NCBI GenBank assembly: GCA_963618735.1
Contig: CAVEUM010000006.1
Span: 4,237 to 68,236 of the forward strand
Direction of reading: 5' to 3'
DNA from: a bacterium
GTDB lineage: Bacteria > Bacillota > Clostridia > Christensenellales > Aristaeellaceae
Length of the DNA stretch: 64,000 nucleotides
The notes under the pieces were generated by a model. It was not told where the DNA came from. It was given only the letters and a program-made list of their open reading frames with translations, and did not search any database. Below, in pieces: positions 9,062 to 18,246 of this stretch; position 1 is the first letter of the stretch; every line of letters starts with the position of its first letter. The translations under genes were made by a program, and so were the position numbers.

Positions 9062-9961
9062 ATGAAGCGTTCGCTTGTGTGTGGTATTGTTTGCGCACTG
9101 ATGCTGTGCGGACTTGCCTTTTTGATTTCCTCACCTGCGCTGGCGGAGGTTGTGCCGCTGGACATCGATCAGACGGTACCCGGAAACCCTGCCAAAGAAA
9201 GCGGCTGGATTTCTGATGAAGAATATGAAGATGAGTCGATTCATGTAACGACGGAGCATAGCACCGTTGGTAAGGTGAAAACCAGCATTGTGCGGATTAA
9301 GATTGCTGATCCCAGCCAGATTCGCACGGCCATGAGTAAGGACAATTATGACGACAAGACCTACGTGAAGGCTACCGCTATGGCCAAGCATGTGAATGCT
9401 ATTGCCGCCGTGAATGGTGACTTCTTCAAGTATTTCTATAAAATCGGCTATGTGGTGCGCCAAGGCGTATTCTATCGGGATGCACTGAATGGCGAACGGG
9501 ATGTGCTGATTATTGACGACAAGGGCGATTTTCATGCCGTGCGCAATGCTACCAGTGAGAGCATGGCGGACTATCTGGCAAACACCTTCCCGTCGGATCG
9601 CACGGTGATGAATACCTTCACCCTGGGTCCTGTGCTGGTGGAAAATGGCGAGGTGCAGGAAATTACCACCCGCGAATTCCAGTATCGCTACAAGATGCAG
9701 CGCGTTTGCATTGTGCAGACGGGTGAACTGGAGTATGCCATTGTGGAGTGTGACGGCAAGGCAGACGCTACCTCCGGCATGACCATGGCCAGCTTTGCGG
9801 AGTATGTGCAGAGCCTGTTCCCTGACTGCATCCTGGCTTACAATCTGGATGGCGGCGGATCCACCAACGTGATTGTGAACAATACCCGCATCCACAAGAA
9901 TTCGGATGCCCGCAACATCAGCGACATTCTGTATTTCGCGTCTGCTGCATCGGAGGATTGA
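9062..9961 (+). CDS. phosphodiester glycosidase family protein (DUF2233/NAGPA-like), secreted
   Basis: Signal peptide MKRSLVCGIVCALMLCGLAFLISSPALA. AVNGDFF and NLDGGGSTN motifs are typical of the family. Confidence 0.7.
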   Translation: MKRSLVCGIVCALMLCGLAFLISSPALAEVVPLDIDQTVPGNPAKESGWISDEEYEDESIHVTTEHSTVGKVKTSIVRIKIADPSQIRTAMSKDNYDDKTYVKATAMAKHVNAIAAVNGDFFKYFYKIGYVVRQGVFYRDALNGERDVLIIDDKGDFHAVRNATSESMADYLANTFPSDRTVMNTFTLGPVLVENGEVQEITTREFQYRYKMQRVCIVQTGELEYAIVECDGKADATSGMTMASFAEYVQSLFPDCILAYNLDGGGSTNVIVNNTRIHKNSDARNISDILYFASAASED

Positions 9962-9962
9962 C

Positions 9963-10979
9963 ATGGAGCCGATCCAACTGGGTTCACTAACGGTTTATCC
10001 TTATGGCCTTGCCGTGGCGCTTGCCGCAGCAATCGGCCTGATCTGGATGAGTCAGAATGGCCGCCGAATGGGATTGAAAAACGGCGTGGTCAGCGGCTTT
10101 GCAGTGCTTGCGGTGCCGCTGGGTACCATCATGTCCCATGTGGTCTATTCATTGATTCGCTTTGATTGGCTGATGGAAAAGGGCTTTGGCCACATCCTGA
10201 GCCTGACGGATGGCGGTTTTACGCTGTACGGCACCATGCTTGGCTGCTTTCTGGCGGCACTGGTGGTGTCTCGCCTGAACAAGGTTTCTTTGAGCAGACT
10301 CCTGGATGCCGCAGCGGCTCCTGCAGCGTTGACGATTGCCCTGTGCCGTCTGGCGGAAGGACTGGTCGGTCAGGGTTATGGACGGTACCTGAGCGACTGG
10401 TTCGACGGCGAATCCGGCATGAGCTTGTTCGCACTGGAGGATACTTCCTTCCTGGAGCATTTTCCCCTTGCAGTGGAAGACATGTATGAAGAATGGTGCT
10501 GGGCTGTCTTCGTGCTGGAGGCTGTGTTTGCACTGGTGATGATGCTGGTGCTCATTAAGTCGAAGGCACAGCGCGAAGGTAGCAAAGTTACGCTGCTGCT
10601 GTTGATGTACGGCGCATCGCAGGCACTGTGCGAAGGCTTACGGGAAGATGCCGTGCTCCGCTGGGGCTTTGTACGTGTCAACCAGATTCTCAGCGCTGTG
10701 GCGATTGCAGGCGTCCTTGTGTGGTGCATTGCACGCTTGCCGAAACAGCAGAGGAACATGAAGCAAATTATTCTGGCCTGGTGCGGTACGCTGTGCGGTA
10801 TGCTGCTGGTGCTGGCCATGGAATTTGCAGTGGAAAAGAAGATCGTTTTCCTTGAATGGATGCCGATGGATGTGTGCTACCTCATTACCGCCCTGTCTGG
10901 CGTGCTGATGGTATGCTGCATTCTTCCCCTGTGGCGCAAGCAGGATTGCGCAAAAGAATCTACCCCGGCGGTTGCCTGA
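9963..10979 (+). CDS. prolipoprotein diacylglyceryl transferase (Lgt) family protein, divergent
   Basis: ATG 9963 lies 1 nt after the upstream stop. The protein is polytopic. The YGL-containing N-terminus and the CRLAEGLVGQGYG segment resemble the Lgt GR...G..YG motif. The assignment is tentative. Confidence 0.5.
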   Translation: MEPIQLGSLTVYPYGLAVALAAAIGLIWMSQNGRRMGLKNGVVSGFAVLAVPLGTIMSHVVYSLIRFDWLMEKGFGHILSLTDGGFTLYGTMLGCFLAALVVSRLNKVSLSRLLDAAAAPAALTIALCRLAEGLVGQGYGRYLSDWFDGESGMSLFALEDTSFLEHFPLAVEDMYEEWCWAVFVLEAVFALVMMLVLIKSKAQREGSKVTLLLLMYGASQALCEGLREDAVLRWGFVRVNQILSAVAIAGVLVWCIARLPKQQRNMKQIILAWCGTLCGMLLVLAMEFAVEKKIVFLEWMPMDVCYLITALSGVLMVCCILPLWRKQDCAKESTPAVA

Positions 10980-11020
10980 GAATTTCCCTTTGGCAATGCA
11001 CGAGAGGAGTTAAGAACCCT

Positions 11021-12289
11021 ATGCCCAAGAAAGAACGAATGCTGATTACCGGCGGAAACGCGCTGGAAGGCGAGGTACGGGTGAGCGGCGGCAAGAACAC
11101 GGCAGTGGCTGTGATTCCTGCAGTGCTTTTGTCCGATGAGCCTTGCACCATTGAAAATCTGCCGGATATCGAGGATGTCCACGCACTGGTGGATATTCTG
11201 CGTTCCCTCGGTGCTAAGGTAACCTATGTCCCGGATGAATTCATGACCATTGACCCCAGAACCGTGGAAGGCTGCCATGTGGGATATCAGCTGGCTCGTC
11301 GCTTGCGGGCAAGCTATTATCTGCTGGGCGCTCTCCTGGGAAGATGCGGTAAGGCGGAAGTGGCTGCTCCCGGCGGCTGCGAAATCGGTTCCCGCCCCAT
11401 CGACCAGCACCTGAAGGGCTTTCAGGCACTGGGGGCTGAGGCAGAAGAACGCGGCGGCATGATCATTGTGGAGGCAAATGACCTTCGCGGCAGTGACGTA
11501 TTTTTCGATATGGTCACCGTTGGCGGCACCATCAATGTGATGCTGGCGGCGGCAAAGGCGAAAGGCACCACGGTGATTTACAATGCCGCGAAGGAACCTC
11601 ATATTGTGGACCTGGCCAACTTCCTGAACAGCATGGGCGCCAAGGTCAAGGGTGCGGGCACGGATGTGATCCGCATTCGCGGTCAGCAATATTTGCATGG
11701 CACGAATTACGCGGTTATCCCGGACCAGATTGAAACGGGCACCCTGATGATTGCTGCCGCGGCTACCCGTGGTGATGTGATCGTTCGCGGATGCATCCCT
11801 ACCCATATGGAAGCGCTGACTGCTAAGCTGCTGGAAATGGGCGTGAGGGTTTCTGACAGTGATGATGCGATTCGTGTCCGCACTTTGGGGGCACATCGGG
11901 CAGTGAATATCAAAACCCAGGTGTATCCCGGCTTCCCGACTGATTTGCAGCAACCGATGAGTGCTTTGCTGACCACGGCACACGGCACCAGTGTTATCAC
12001 TGAAACGATTTTTGAGCAACGCTTTAAGCATCTGGATGAGATTCGTCGCATGGGTGCTCACATCCGTGTTGTGGATCGGGTGGCCATGATCGAGGGCGTT
12101 TCGCAGCTTTATGGCGCACCTGTGACAACCACGGACCTTCGGGCAGGCGCAGCACTGGTCGTGGCAGGTCTGATGGCTCGGGGCGTGACGGAAATCTACG
12201 AGCCTGAGTACATTGACCGCGGTTATGAGCATATAGAGGAAAAGCTGCGTTCTCTGGGCGCGGATATCCGGCGTGAAACCATCGAGTAA
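11021..12289 (+). CDS. murA: UDP-N-acetylglucosamine 1-carboxyvinyltransferase
   Basis: ATG 11021 within track ORF 10856-12289, preceded by GAGAGGAG. MPKKERMLITGGNALEGEVRVSGGKNTAVAVIPAVLL...PGGCEIGSRPIDQHL, with the catalytic Cys present. Confidence 0.95.
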   Translation: MPKKERMLITGGNALEGEVRVSGGKNTAVAVIPAVLLSDEPCTIENLPDIEDVHALVDILRSLGAKVTYVPDEFMTIDPRTVEGCHVGYQLARRLRASYYLLGALLGRCGKAEVAAPGGCEIGSRPIDQHLKGFQALGAEAEERGGMIIVEANDLRGSDVFFDMVTVGGTINVMLAAAKAKGTTVIYNAAKEPHIVDLANFLNSMGAKVKGAGTDVIRIRGQQYLHGTNYAVIPDQIETGTLMIAAAATRGDVIVRGCIPTHMEALTAKLLEMGVRVSDSDDAIRVRTLGAHRAVNIKTQVYPGFPTDLQQPMSALLTTAHGTSVITETIFEQRFKHLDEIRRMGAHIRVVDRVAMIEGVSQLYGAPVTTTDLRAGAALVVAGLMARGVTEIYEPEYIDRGYEHIEEKLRSLGADIRRETIE

Positions 12290-12320
12290 GAAAAAATTTG
12301 TAGGCGGGAGGTGAGCGGTC

Positions 12321-12833
12321 TTGAATGATCCTTTCCAGATTCTTGGACTGAAGCCCACGGCAACGGTGGATGAAATTCGCACCGCTTACCATTCGCTGGT
12401 GAAACTCTGCCATCCTGACCGTTTCCGTGACCCTGAAGAGCAGAAGACGGCGCAGGAAAAACTGATTCGGATCAATCTTGCCTATGAAGAGGCCATCAAG
12501 CTTGCTGCACCACGGAAGGCAGTGACCTACACGAATTCCCTGCCCAAAGAGGAAGCAAAACACCTGGCACGGAAAATGCTGGGGCAACAGAATCCGGAAA
12601 GTGCACTGAGATACATGCTTCGTGCAGAAACACGGGACGGCGAATGGTACTTTATGCAGGGGCAGATCTTGATGATGCTCAGGCAGTATGAATCAGCGAA
12701 CGAGTCTTATCGCGAGGCTGTGAAACGTGAGCCCAACAACATTGAGTACCGACGGGGCGCGCTGGACGCGGCAGTGGCACTGCGCGAAAGCAAAACGTTA
12801 GTTGGCAGAATCAAGCGGATGCTGAAAAAGTAA
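12321..12833 (+). CDS. J-domain (DnaJ-like) protein with TPR-like C-terminal region
   Basis: TTG start after GGGAGG. DPFQILGLKPTATVDEIRTAYHSLVKLCHPDRF contains the HPD motif. Confidence 0.75.
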   Translation: MNDPFQILGLKPTATVDEIRTAYHSLVKLCHPDRFRDPEEQKTAQEKLIRINLAYEEAIKLAAPRKAVTYTNSLPKEEAKHLARKMLGQQNPESALRYMLRAETRDGEWYFMQGQILMMLRQYESANESYREAVKREPNNIEYRRGALDAAVALRESKTLVGRIKRMLKK

Positions 12834-12945
12834 TCAGACAGGCGGCATTTTGTGCCGTGATACCGGGAAGTGCGTGTACTTTGAAAAGCACCTGCCCGGC
12901 TTTTCCTTTATGGACGGCAATGAATCAGGCAGGAGGAAATGTAAC

Positions 12946-15543
12946 GTGAAAGATGTATTCCTGATTGTGGACGGCAACAGCCTGATGTTCCGCGCTTTTC
13001 ATGCGCTTCCCATCATGGATTATCAGGGAACCTATACGAATGCAATCTATGGCTTTCTGAACATGCTAATGAAGGTTATTAAGGAAGAAAACGTGCGCTA
13101 TCTGGCCGTCTGCTTCGATGAGCATGCGCCGACGTTCCGTCATGTGGCCTATCCGGATTACAAGGCGGGACGCGCACCTACGCCTCCTGAGATGATTCAG
13201 CAGTTGGGCACCATTCGAAAACTACTGACTGATATGGGCATCAAGTGGTATTCCATGGTGGGCTGGGAGGCAGATGACCTGCTGGGCACTCTGTCTCTTA
13301 AGGCAGAAAAGGAGGACGTGCAGCCTCTTGTACTGACGGGCGACCGTGATGCGTTGCAGCTGGTCGATGGCAAAACGGAGTTGATGTTCACTCGCAAAGG
13401 CATTACGGAAACCATCCGCTTTACCCCCGCTACTTTGTATGAGGAATACGGCTTTACCCCCGAACAGGTGACGGACTGGAAAGGCATGGCAGGCGATTCC
13501 AGCGATAATATTCCCGGCATTCCGGGTGTGGGCGACAAAACAGCGGTGAAACTGCTTCAGCAGTATGGCTCGCTGGAAGAAATCCTTGCCCATGCAGGCG
13601 AAGTGAAGGGCAAGCTGGGCGAAAAACTGGTTACCTATGCGGAACAGGCGCGGAAGTGCAAGGATCTGGCTACGATTCGCCGCGATGCTCCTGTTCAGTG
13701 GACACTGAAGGAATGTGCCTTGCCTGATTTGCAGAACGCGGTCCCTGCACTGCAAGCGCTGGGGCTGAACAGCCTTGTTAAGCGCATTAGCGGAAACGCA
13801 GGCGAGAAGAGCGAAGCGACTCCTGCTGAAAAGAACACTTCTGCACCCAAAGCTGCGGAAATTAATCTGTCCTTTGGCGAGGCGGAACAAATCAGCAGCG
13901 CAGAAATGCTTCAGCAGTGGCTGGATGGCTTGGCAGAGCAGGATCTGCCTGCTGCCTTCTGCATCGGCACAAGCGATATTTCTGCTGCGACAGTTAGCGG
14001 AAAGAGCATGCTCCTTACCTTGGGCGGCGACCTGCTGAACCCTGGCATCGACCCTGAAGCGGCACTGGTAGTGCTGGCACCTTTTTTGTGCAGGCATCCG
14101 TCTGTGGTGTATGACAGCAAACATCTTTTGCATCTGCTGCACCAGCATCAGCTTCCCCTGCCGGAAGCGTTCCATTGGGATGTGATGCTGGGCGCCTATA
14201 TTCTCGACCCGCAGAAGAAGGAATACGGGCTTGCAACCTTGACGGAAGGCTATGGGGCTGACGCCTGCGGTATCATGAAACTGGCAGTTCATCAGGAAGC
14301 AGAAATCACCGCGTACAATAAGATGACGCTGATGAAAGAAATGGAACTGCCGCTGGCTCATGTTCTGTTCCGCATGGAAGCTGCGGGATTCACCGTAGAT
14401 ACAGACTTTTTGCGTGGTTTGGGCGCTAAGTATACCAAAGACATTGAGGAAGCAAAGCAGCAGGTGTTCGCCGCCTGCGGTAACGAGAATTTCAATCTGA
14501 ACAGTACGAAGCAGCTGGGCGATGTGCTGTTTGAAAAGCTTCAACTTCCTCACGGCAAAAAGACAAGCCGAGGCTATTCAACTTCGGCTGAGGTGCTGGA
14601 AGGCCTGCGGGACATTGCTCCTGAAATTATTGAGCCGTTGCTGCGCTATCGTCAGCTGGTGAAGCTGAATAGCACCTATGTAGAAGGTCTGCTTCGCCTG
14701 GTGGATCATCACGGCCGCGTACATAGTTACTTTGACCAGGTGGCTACAGCAACGGGACGTATCAGCTCTTCAGAGCCGAATCTGCAGAATATTCCCGTGC
14801 GCACAGAGGAAGGCAAGGAAATTCGCCAGGCTTTCCTGCCGCAGGATGGCTGGATTTTGCTTGATGCGGACTATAGCCAGATTGAGCTGCGATTGATGGC
14901 ACACTTCTCCGGGGATACTGCCATGGTGGAAGCCTTCCGCACGGGACAGGACGTGCATGCCCGCACGGCCAGTGAAATCTTCGAAGTTCCGTTGGAGCAG
15001 GTGACGCCGCAGCTCCGCTCCCGTGCCAAGGCGGTAAACTTTGGCCTGATTTACGGCATCAGTGGTTTTGGCCTTGCGAAGAACACCGGCGTGACGCCCA
15101 AAGAGGCACAGGAATTTATTCATCGGTACTTTGCCAAATATCCCGGCGTGAAGAACTTTATGGATGAAGCCGTGGAAAAGGGCAAGGATAACGGCTATGC
15201 AGAAACTCTCTTTGGCCGCAGACGTTATCTGCCGGAATTGCAATCGCCTAGGCAGATGGTGCGCGAGTTTGGCAAGCGTGCTGCCATGAACACCCCTGTG
15301 CAGGGAACGGCGGCGGACATTATCAAGCTTGCTATGGTGCGTGTGGATGAAGCATTGCGCCGTGAACATATGCAAAGCCGCCTGATTCTGCAGGTGCACG
15401 ATGAATTGCTCCTGGAATGTCCGCCTGAAGAAGCGGAGCATGCCGCAGCACTTTTGAAAGATGCCATGGAGCACGTGATTTCCCTTGCCGTACCGCTGGA
15501 AGCAGACGTACACGAGGGCAAGAACTGGGCTGAGGCAAAATAA
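12946..15543 (+). CDS. polA: DNA polymerase I
   Basis: Track ORF 12850-15543. GTG 12946 lies 9 nt after AGGAGG at 12931-12936. VKDVFLIVDGNSLMFRAFHAL (5' nuclease) ...LQNIPVR...QVHDELLLE (pol motifs A-C). Confidence 0.95.
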   Translation: MKDVFLIVDGNSLMFRAFHALPIMDYQGTYTNAIYGFLNMLMKVIKEENVRYLAVCFDEHAPTFRHVAYPDYKAGRAPTPPEMIQQLGTIRKLLTDMGIKWYSMVGWEADDLLGTLSLKAEKEDVQPLVLTGDRDALQLVDGKTELMFTRKGITETIRFTPATLYEEYGFTPEQVTDWKGMAGDSSDNIPGIPGVGDKTAVKLLQQYGSLEEILAHAGEVKGKLGEKLVTYAEQARKCKDLATIRRDAPVQWTLKECALPDLQNAVPALQALGLNSLVKRISGNAGEKSEATPAEKNTSAPKAAEINLSFGEAEQISSAEMLQQWLDGLAEQDLPAAFCIGTSDISAATVSGKSMLLTLGGDLLNPGIDPEAALVVLAPFLCRHPSVVYDSKHLLHLLHQHQLPLPEAFHWDVMLGAYILDPQKKEYGLATLTEGYGADACGIMKLAVHQEAEITAYNKMTLMKEMELPLAHVLFRMEAAGFTVDTDFLRGLGAKYTKDIEEAKQQVFAACGNENFNLNSTKQLGDVLFEKLQLPHGKKTSRGYSTSAEVLEGLRDIAPEIIEPLLRYRQLVKLNSTYVEGLLRLVDHHGRVHSYFDQVATATGRISSSEPNLQNIPVRTEEGKEIRQAFLPQDGWILLDADYSQIELRLMAHFSGDTAMVEAFRTGQDVHARTASEIFEVPLEQVTPQLRSRAKAVNFGLIYGISGFGLAKNTGVTPKEAQEFIHRYFAKYPGVKNFMDEAVEKGKDNGYAETLFGRRRYLPELQSPRQMVREFGKRAAMNTPVQGTAADIIKLAMVRVDEALRREHMQSRLILQVHDELLLECPPEEAEHAAALLKDAMEHVISLAVPLEADVHEGKNWAEAK

Positions 15544-15562
15544 AAAAGCGCCCCTTTTCCCA

Positions 15563-15945
15563 ATGAAAGTTTCGGGAAAAGGGGAGAGCACAAGAGGGGC
15601 GATGGTCGCTTTTCAAAGCGGCTGCGCCCCTCTTCATATGTCAAGCCTGGCAATAAAATATTATGAAAGTTTCGGGAAAAGGGGAGAGCGCGAGAGGGGC
15701 GATGGTCGCTTTTCAAAGCGGCTGCGCCCCTCTTCATATGTCAAGCCTGGCAATAAAATATTATGAAAGTTTCGGGAAAAGGGGAGAGCGCGAGAGGGGC
15801 GATGGTCGCTTTTCAAAGCGGCTGCGCCCCTCTTCATATGTCAAGCCTGGCAATAAAATATTATGAAAGTTTCGGGAAAAGGGGAGAGCGCGAGAGGGGA
15901 GATAACCGCTTTTCAAAGCGGTTGCTCCCCTCTCGCAATAATCCC
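15563..15945. repeat. tandem array of a 100-bp unit (about 3.8 copies), each unit containing a GC-rich interrupted hairpin
   Basis: Period is exactly 100 nt (units start at 15563, 15663, 15763, 15863). Copies 2 and 3 are identical. Copy 1 differs at 2 positions (15590, 15592). Copy 4 is diverged and truncated. Hairpin per unit is GAGAGGGGCG..TCGCTT-loop-AAGCG..CGCCCCTCTT. See findings. Confidence 0.95.
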
Positions 15946-15950
15946 GTTCC

Positions 15951-16583
15951 TCACAGTGCCTTCAAATAGGAAGCGATGGATTCGTCCTTGCAGGCGGGGT
16001 AGAAGAGCTCAGCAAAGTGTTCGCCGCTGATGGTTTCCTTCAGGAAGGTCTGGTCGATATCGTGCAGAATGTCCATCATGGGGCGGTGCGTGATTTTCTT
16101 GACCTCATCCAGAATCTTCTTGTTGCGCTGCTCGGGCACTACACGCTCGGCGGGATAACCGTTGCCGTGACCGAAACCAAAGAGCTGACGGAAGATCATT
16201 TCCAGCTTCAGCTCAGCACCCCAGCCGAAATCCTTGGCATAGGGGAGGGCAACGCAGTTTCCATCGTTAATCTGGGCAAACATGAAACCGTCCGACGGGT
16301 CAACCAGATGTCCGCACAGAACGCCGGGGAAGCTGTTGCAGGCCAGCATGGCACCTTCACCTGTGCCGCAGCCGGTAACCACGTAATCCGCCGCACCGCT
16401 GTTGAGCAGAATGGCAGCCAAAAGACCAGCCTTTACATAGGTGAGCTGGCAGGCGTCGTCTGCCGCGTACATGCCATAATTATCCACCGTGTGTCCCATG
16501 GGTTCTACCACCTTGCGCAGGGTGGATTCAATGAGGGAATTCTTGCCTGCCTGGCTGTTTTCATTAATCAGTGCAATACGCAT
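15951..16583 (-). CDS. RpiB/LacA/LacB family sugar-phosphate isomerase, long form with ~65-aa C-terminal extension
   Basis: Track ORF 15951-16592. ATG 16583 (MRIALINENSQ...) has better SD spacing (AAAGGA). YVVTGCGTGEGAMLACN matches the RpiB/LacAB active-site region. Confidence 0.8.
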   Translation of the reverse strand: MRIALINENSQAGKNSLIESTLRKVVEPMGHTVDNYGMYAADDACQLTYVKAGLLAAILLNSGAADYVVTGCGTGEGAMLACNSFPGVLCGHLVDPSDGFMFAQINDGNCVALPYAKDFGWGAELKLEMIFRQLFGFGHGNGYPAERVVPEQRNKKILDEVKKITHRPMMDILHDIDQTFLKETISGEHFAELFYPACKDESIASYLKAL

Positions 16584-16738
16584 GTTGATCATCCTTTCCG
16601 TGATTTCTCTTCTGAGAAAATTCCTTCCTCCATATTATTGACGATGAAGAAGAAAAAATCAATAGCAAGTGCGCGAAAGCAAACAGGAAAAAGAAGAAGG
16701 TTACAAAAAAACGACGAAAATTTCATGGAGAAACATCC

Positions 16739-16767
16739 TTCCCACAGAGGCATTTCCATGCTATAAT
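16739..16767 (+). promoter_or_regulatory. candidate rhaBAD promoter (extended -10)
   Basis: TTCCCA (16739-16744), 17-nt spacer, TGcTATAAT (TATAAT at 16762-16767). Confidence 0.5.
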
Positions 16768-16809
16768 GGTCAAAGAACTTCCATCGAAGAAAGGGAAGGA
16801 TTTGTTGTC

Positions 16810-18219
16810 ATGCACTATCATCTTGCGGTAGACATCGGTGCGTCTGGCGGACGGCATATTCTCGGCTGGCTTGAGGATGGTCGCATTTGCACCAGAGAAG
16901 TATATCGCTTCGAAAATGGAGCGTCCATGAAGGATGGCCACCTGTGCTGGGATATTGATGGCCTGTTCCGTCATGTGGTGCAGGGACTGGCGGCCTGCCG
17001 AGATGCAGGATGCATCCCGGAAACCATGGGCATTGATACCTGGGCAGTGGACTTTGCCCTGCTGGATGGGGAGAATCACCGCTTGGGCGACGTTGTGGCT
17101 TATCGTGATGAGCGTACGAACGGTATGGATGAATTGCTGGAGAAAGCACTGCTCTTTGGCGATCATTATCAGCTGACGGGCATTGCAAAACAGCCCTTCA
17201 ACACGGTTTATCAGCTGATGGCTGTGTTCCGCGAGCATCCTGAGTATCGTGAATGCGCAAAGGATTTTCTTCTGGTGCCGGAATATTTGAATTTCCTGCT
17301 CACGGGGAAGAAGCTGCACGAGTGGACGAATGTTTCGACAACGTCACTGGCTGATGCGGCAACCCATACCTGGGCACCTGAAGTACTGAAAGCAGCAGAG
17401 CTTCCGGAGCAAATTTTCCGCACGCCCATTGCTTTGCCTGGAACGGCACTGGGTAATTTGCTGCCTGAAGTGAAGGAACAGGTCGGGTTTGACGTGACGG
17501 TGGTGCTTCCTGCTACCCACGACACAGGCAGCGCTTACATGTCTGTTCCTGCCAAGGATGATTCCTCAGCCTTCCTGTCCAGCGGCACGTGGAGTCTGCT
17601 GGGTACGGAGCTGAGTAAGCCCTGCACGGATGCAGGCAGCCGTCTGGCTGGCTTCACCAATGAGGGCGGCTGGGCGTACACCACCCGCTATCTGAAGAAT
17701 ATCATGGGTATGTGGATGCTCCAGTGCCTGCGTCACGAGAATGCGGATCGCTATTCCTACGCGGAAATGGCTGCCATGGCGGCACAGAGCCGCTATGACG
17801 CTTATGTAGACGCGGCTGATAATCGCTTCCTGGCGCCGGAAAGCATGGAAAAGGAAGTGCGCGCTGCGCTTCAGGAACAGGGAGCACCTGCGCCGGAAAC
17901 GCTGGGCGATTTGTACCGCGCGGTGACGCTGGGTCTGGCGGTGTGCTATCGGGATAGTATTGCTGAAATGGCGACACTGACGGGACGAAAGTTCACGGCA
18001 GTGAATATTGTTGGCGGCGGCAGCCAAAACCGCACGCTGAATCAGCTGACGGCCGACATGACGGGTCTGCCTGTGCTTGCCGGCCCTACGGAGGGCACGG
18101 CGCTGGGCAACCTGGCTGCGCAGATGATTGCCTCCGGCGAACTGGAATCGCTGGAAGCATTCCGCAAGCTCCTGCCTGCATCGTTCCCGATTGATGTCTA
18201 TGAGCCTGAAAAGAAATAA
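16810..18219 (+). CDS. rhaB: rhamnulokinase
   Basis: ATG 16810 within track ORF 16669-18219, preceded by GGGAAGGA. MHYHLAVDIGASGGRHILGW... is an FGGY-family kinase, followed directly by rhaA and rhaD. Confidence 0.9.
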   Translation: MHYHLAVDIGASGGRHILGWLEDGRICTREVYRFENGASMKDGHLCWDIDGLFRHVVQGLAACRDAGCIPETMGIDTWAVDFALLDGENHRLGDVVAYRDERTNGMDELLEKALLFGDHYQLTGIAKQPFNTVYQLMAVFREHPEYRECAKDFLLVPEYLNFLLTGKKLHEWTNVSTTSLADAATHTWAPEVLKAAELPEQIFRTPIALPGTALGNLLPEVKEQVGFDVTVVLPATHDTGSAYMSVPAKDDSSAFLSSGTWSLLGTELSKPCTDAGSRLAGFTNEGGWAYTTRYLKNIMGMWMLQCLRHENADRYSYAEMAAMAAQSRYDAYVDAADNRFLAPESMEKEVRAALQEQGAPAPETLGDLYRAVTLGLAVCYRDSIAEMATLTGRKFTAVNIVGGGSQNRTLNQLTADMTGLPVLAGPTEGTALGNLAAQMIASGELESLEAFRKLLPASFPIDVYEPEKK

Positions 18220-18246
18220 ATCTGAAAAATAGAAAGGATGAATCCA

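Noticed and set aside
15544-15950. Possible CRISPR array (regularly spaced repeats with palindromic cores).
   Set aside because: The entire 100-bp unit is repeated, so there are no unique spacers between the palindromic parts. The unit length and structure do not fit CRISPR repeats, and no cas genes are present in the window.
15485-15969. Three nearly identical 67-93-aa ORFs (MKVSGKGESARGAMVAFQSGCAPLHMSSLAIKYYESFGKRGE...) that could be read as a family of small duplicated proteins.
   Set aside because: They are generated by the 100-bp tandem repeat. The period is not a multiple of 3, so each ORF reads successive units in different frames. There is no SD before the ATGs, and the divergence in copy 4 preserves base pairing rather than codons.
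16480-16488. Isolated DnaA-box-like 9-mers (TTATCCACC at 16480-16488; TGTGGATAA at 25510-25518) that might hint at an origin.
   Set aside because: They are single, widely separated occurrences inside coding sequences, with no AT-rich unwinding element and no dnaA/dnaN nearby.
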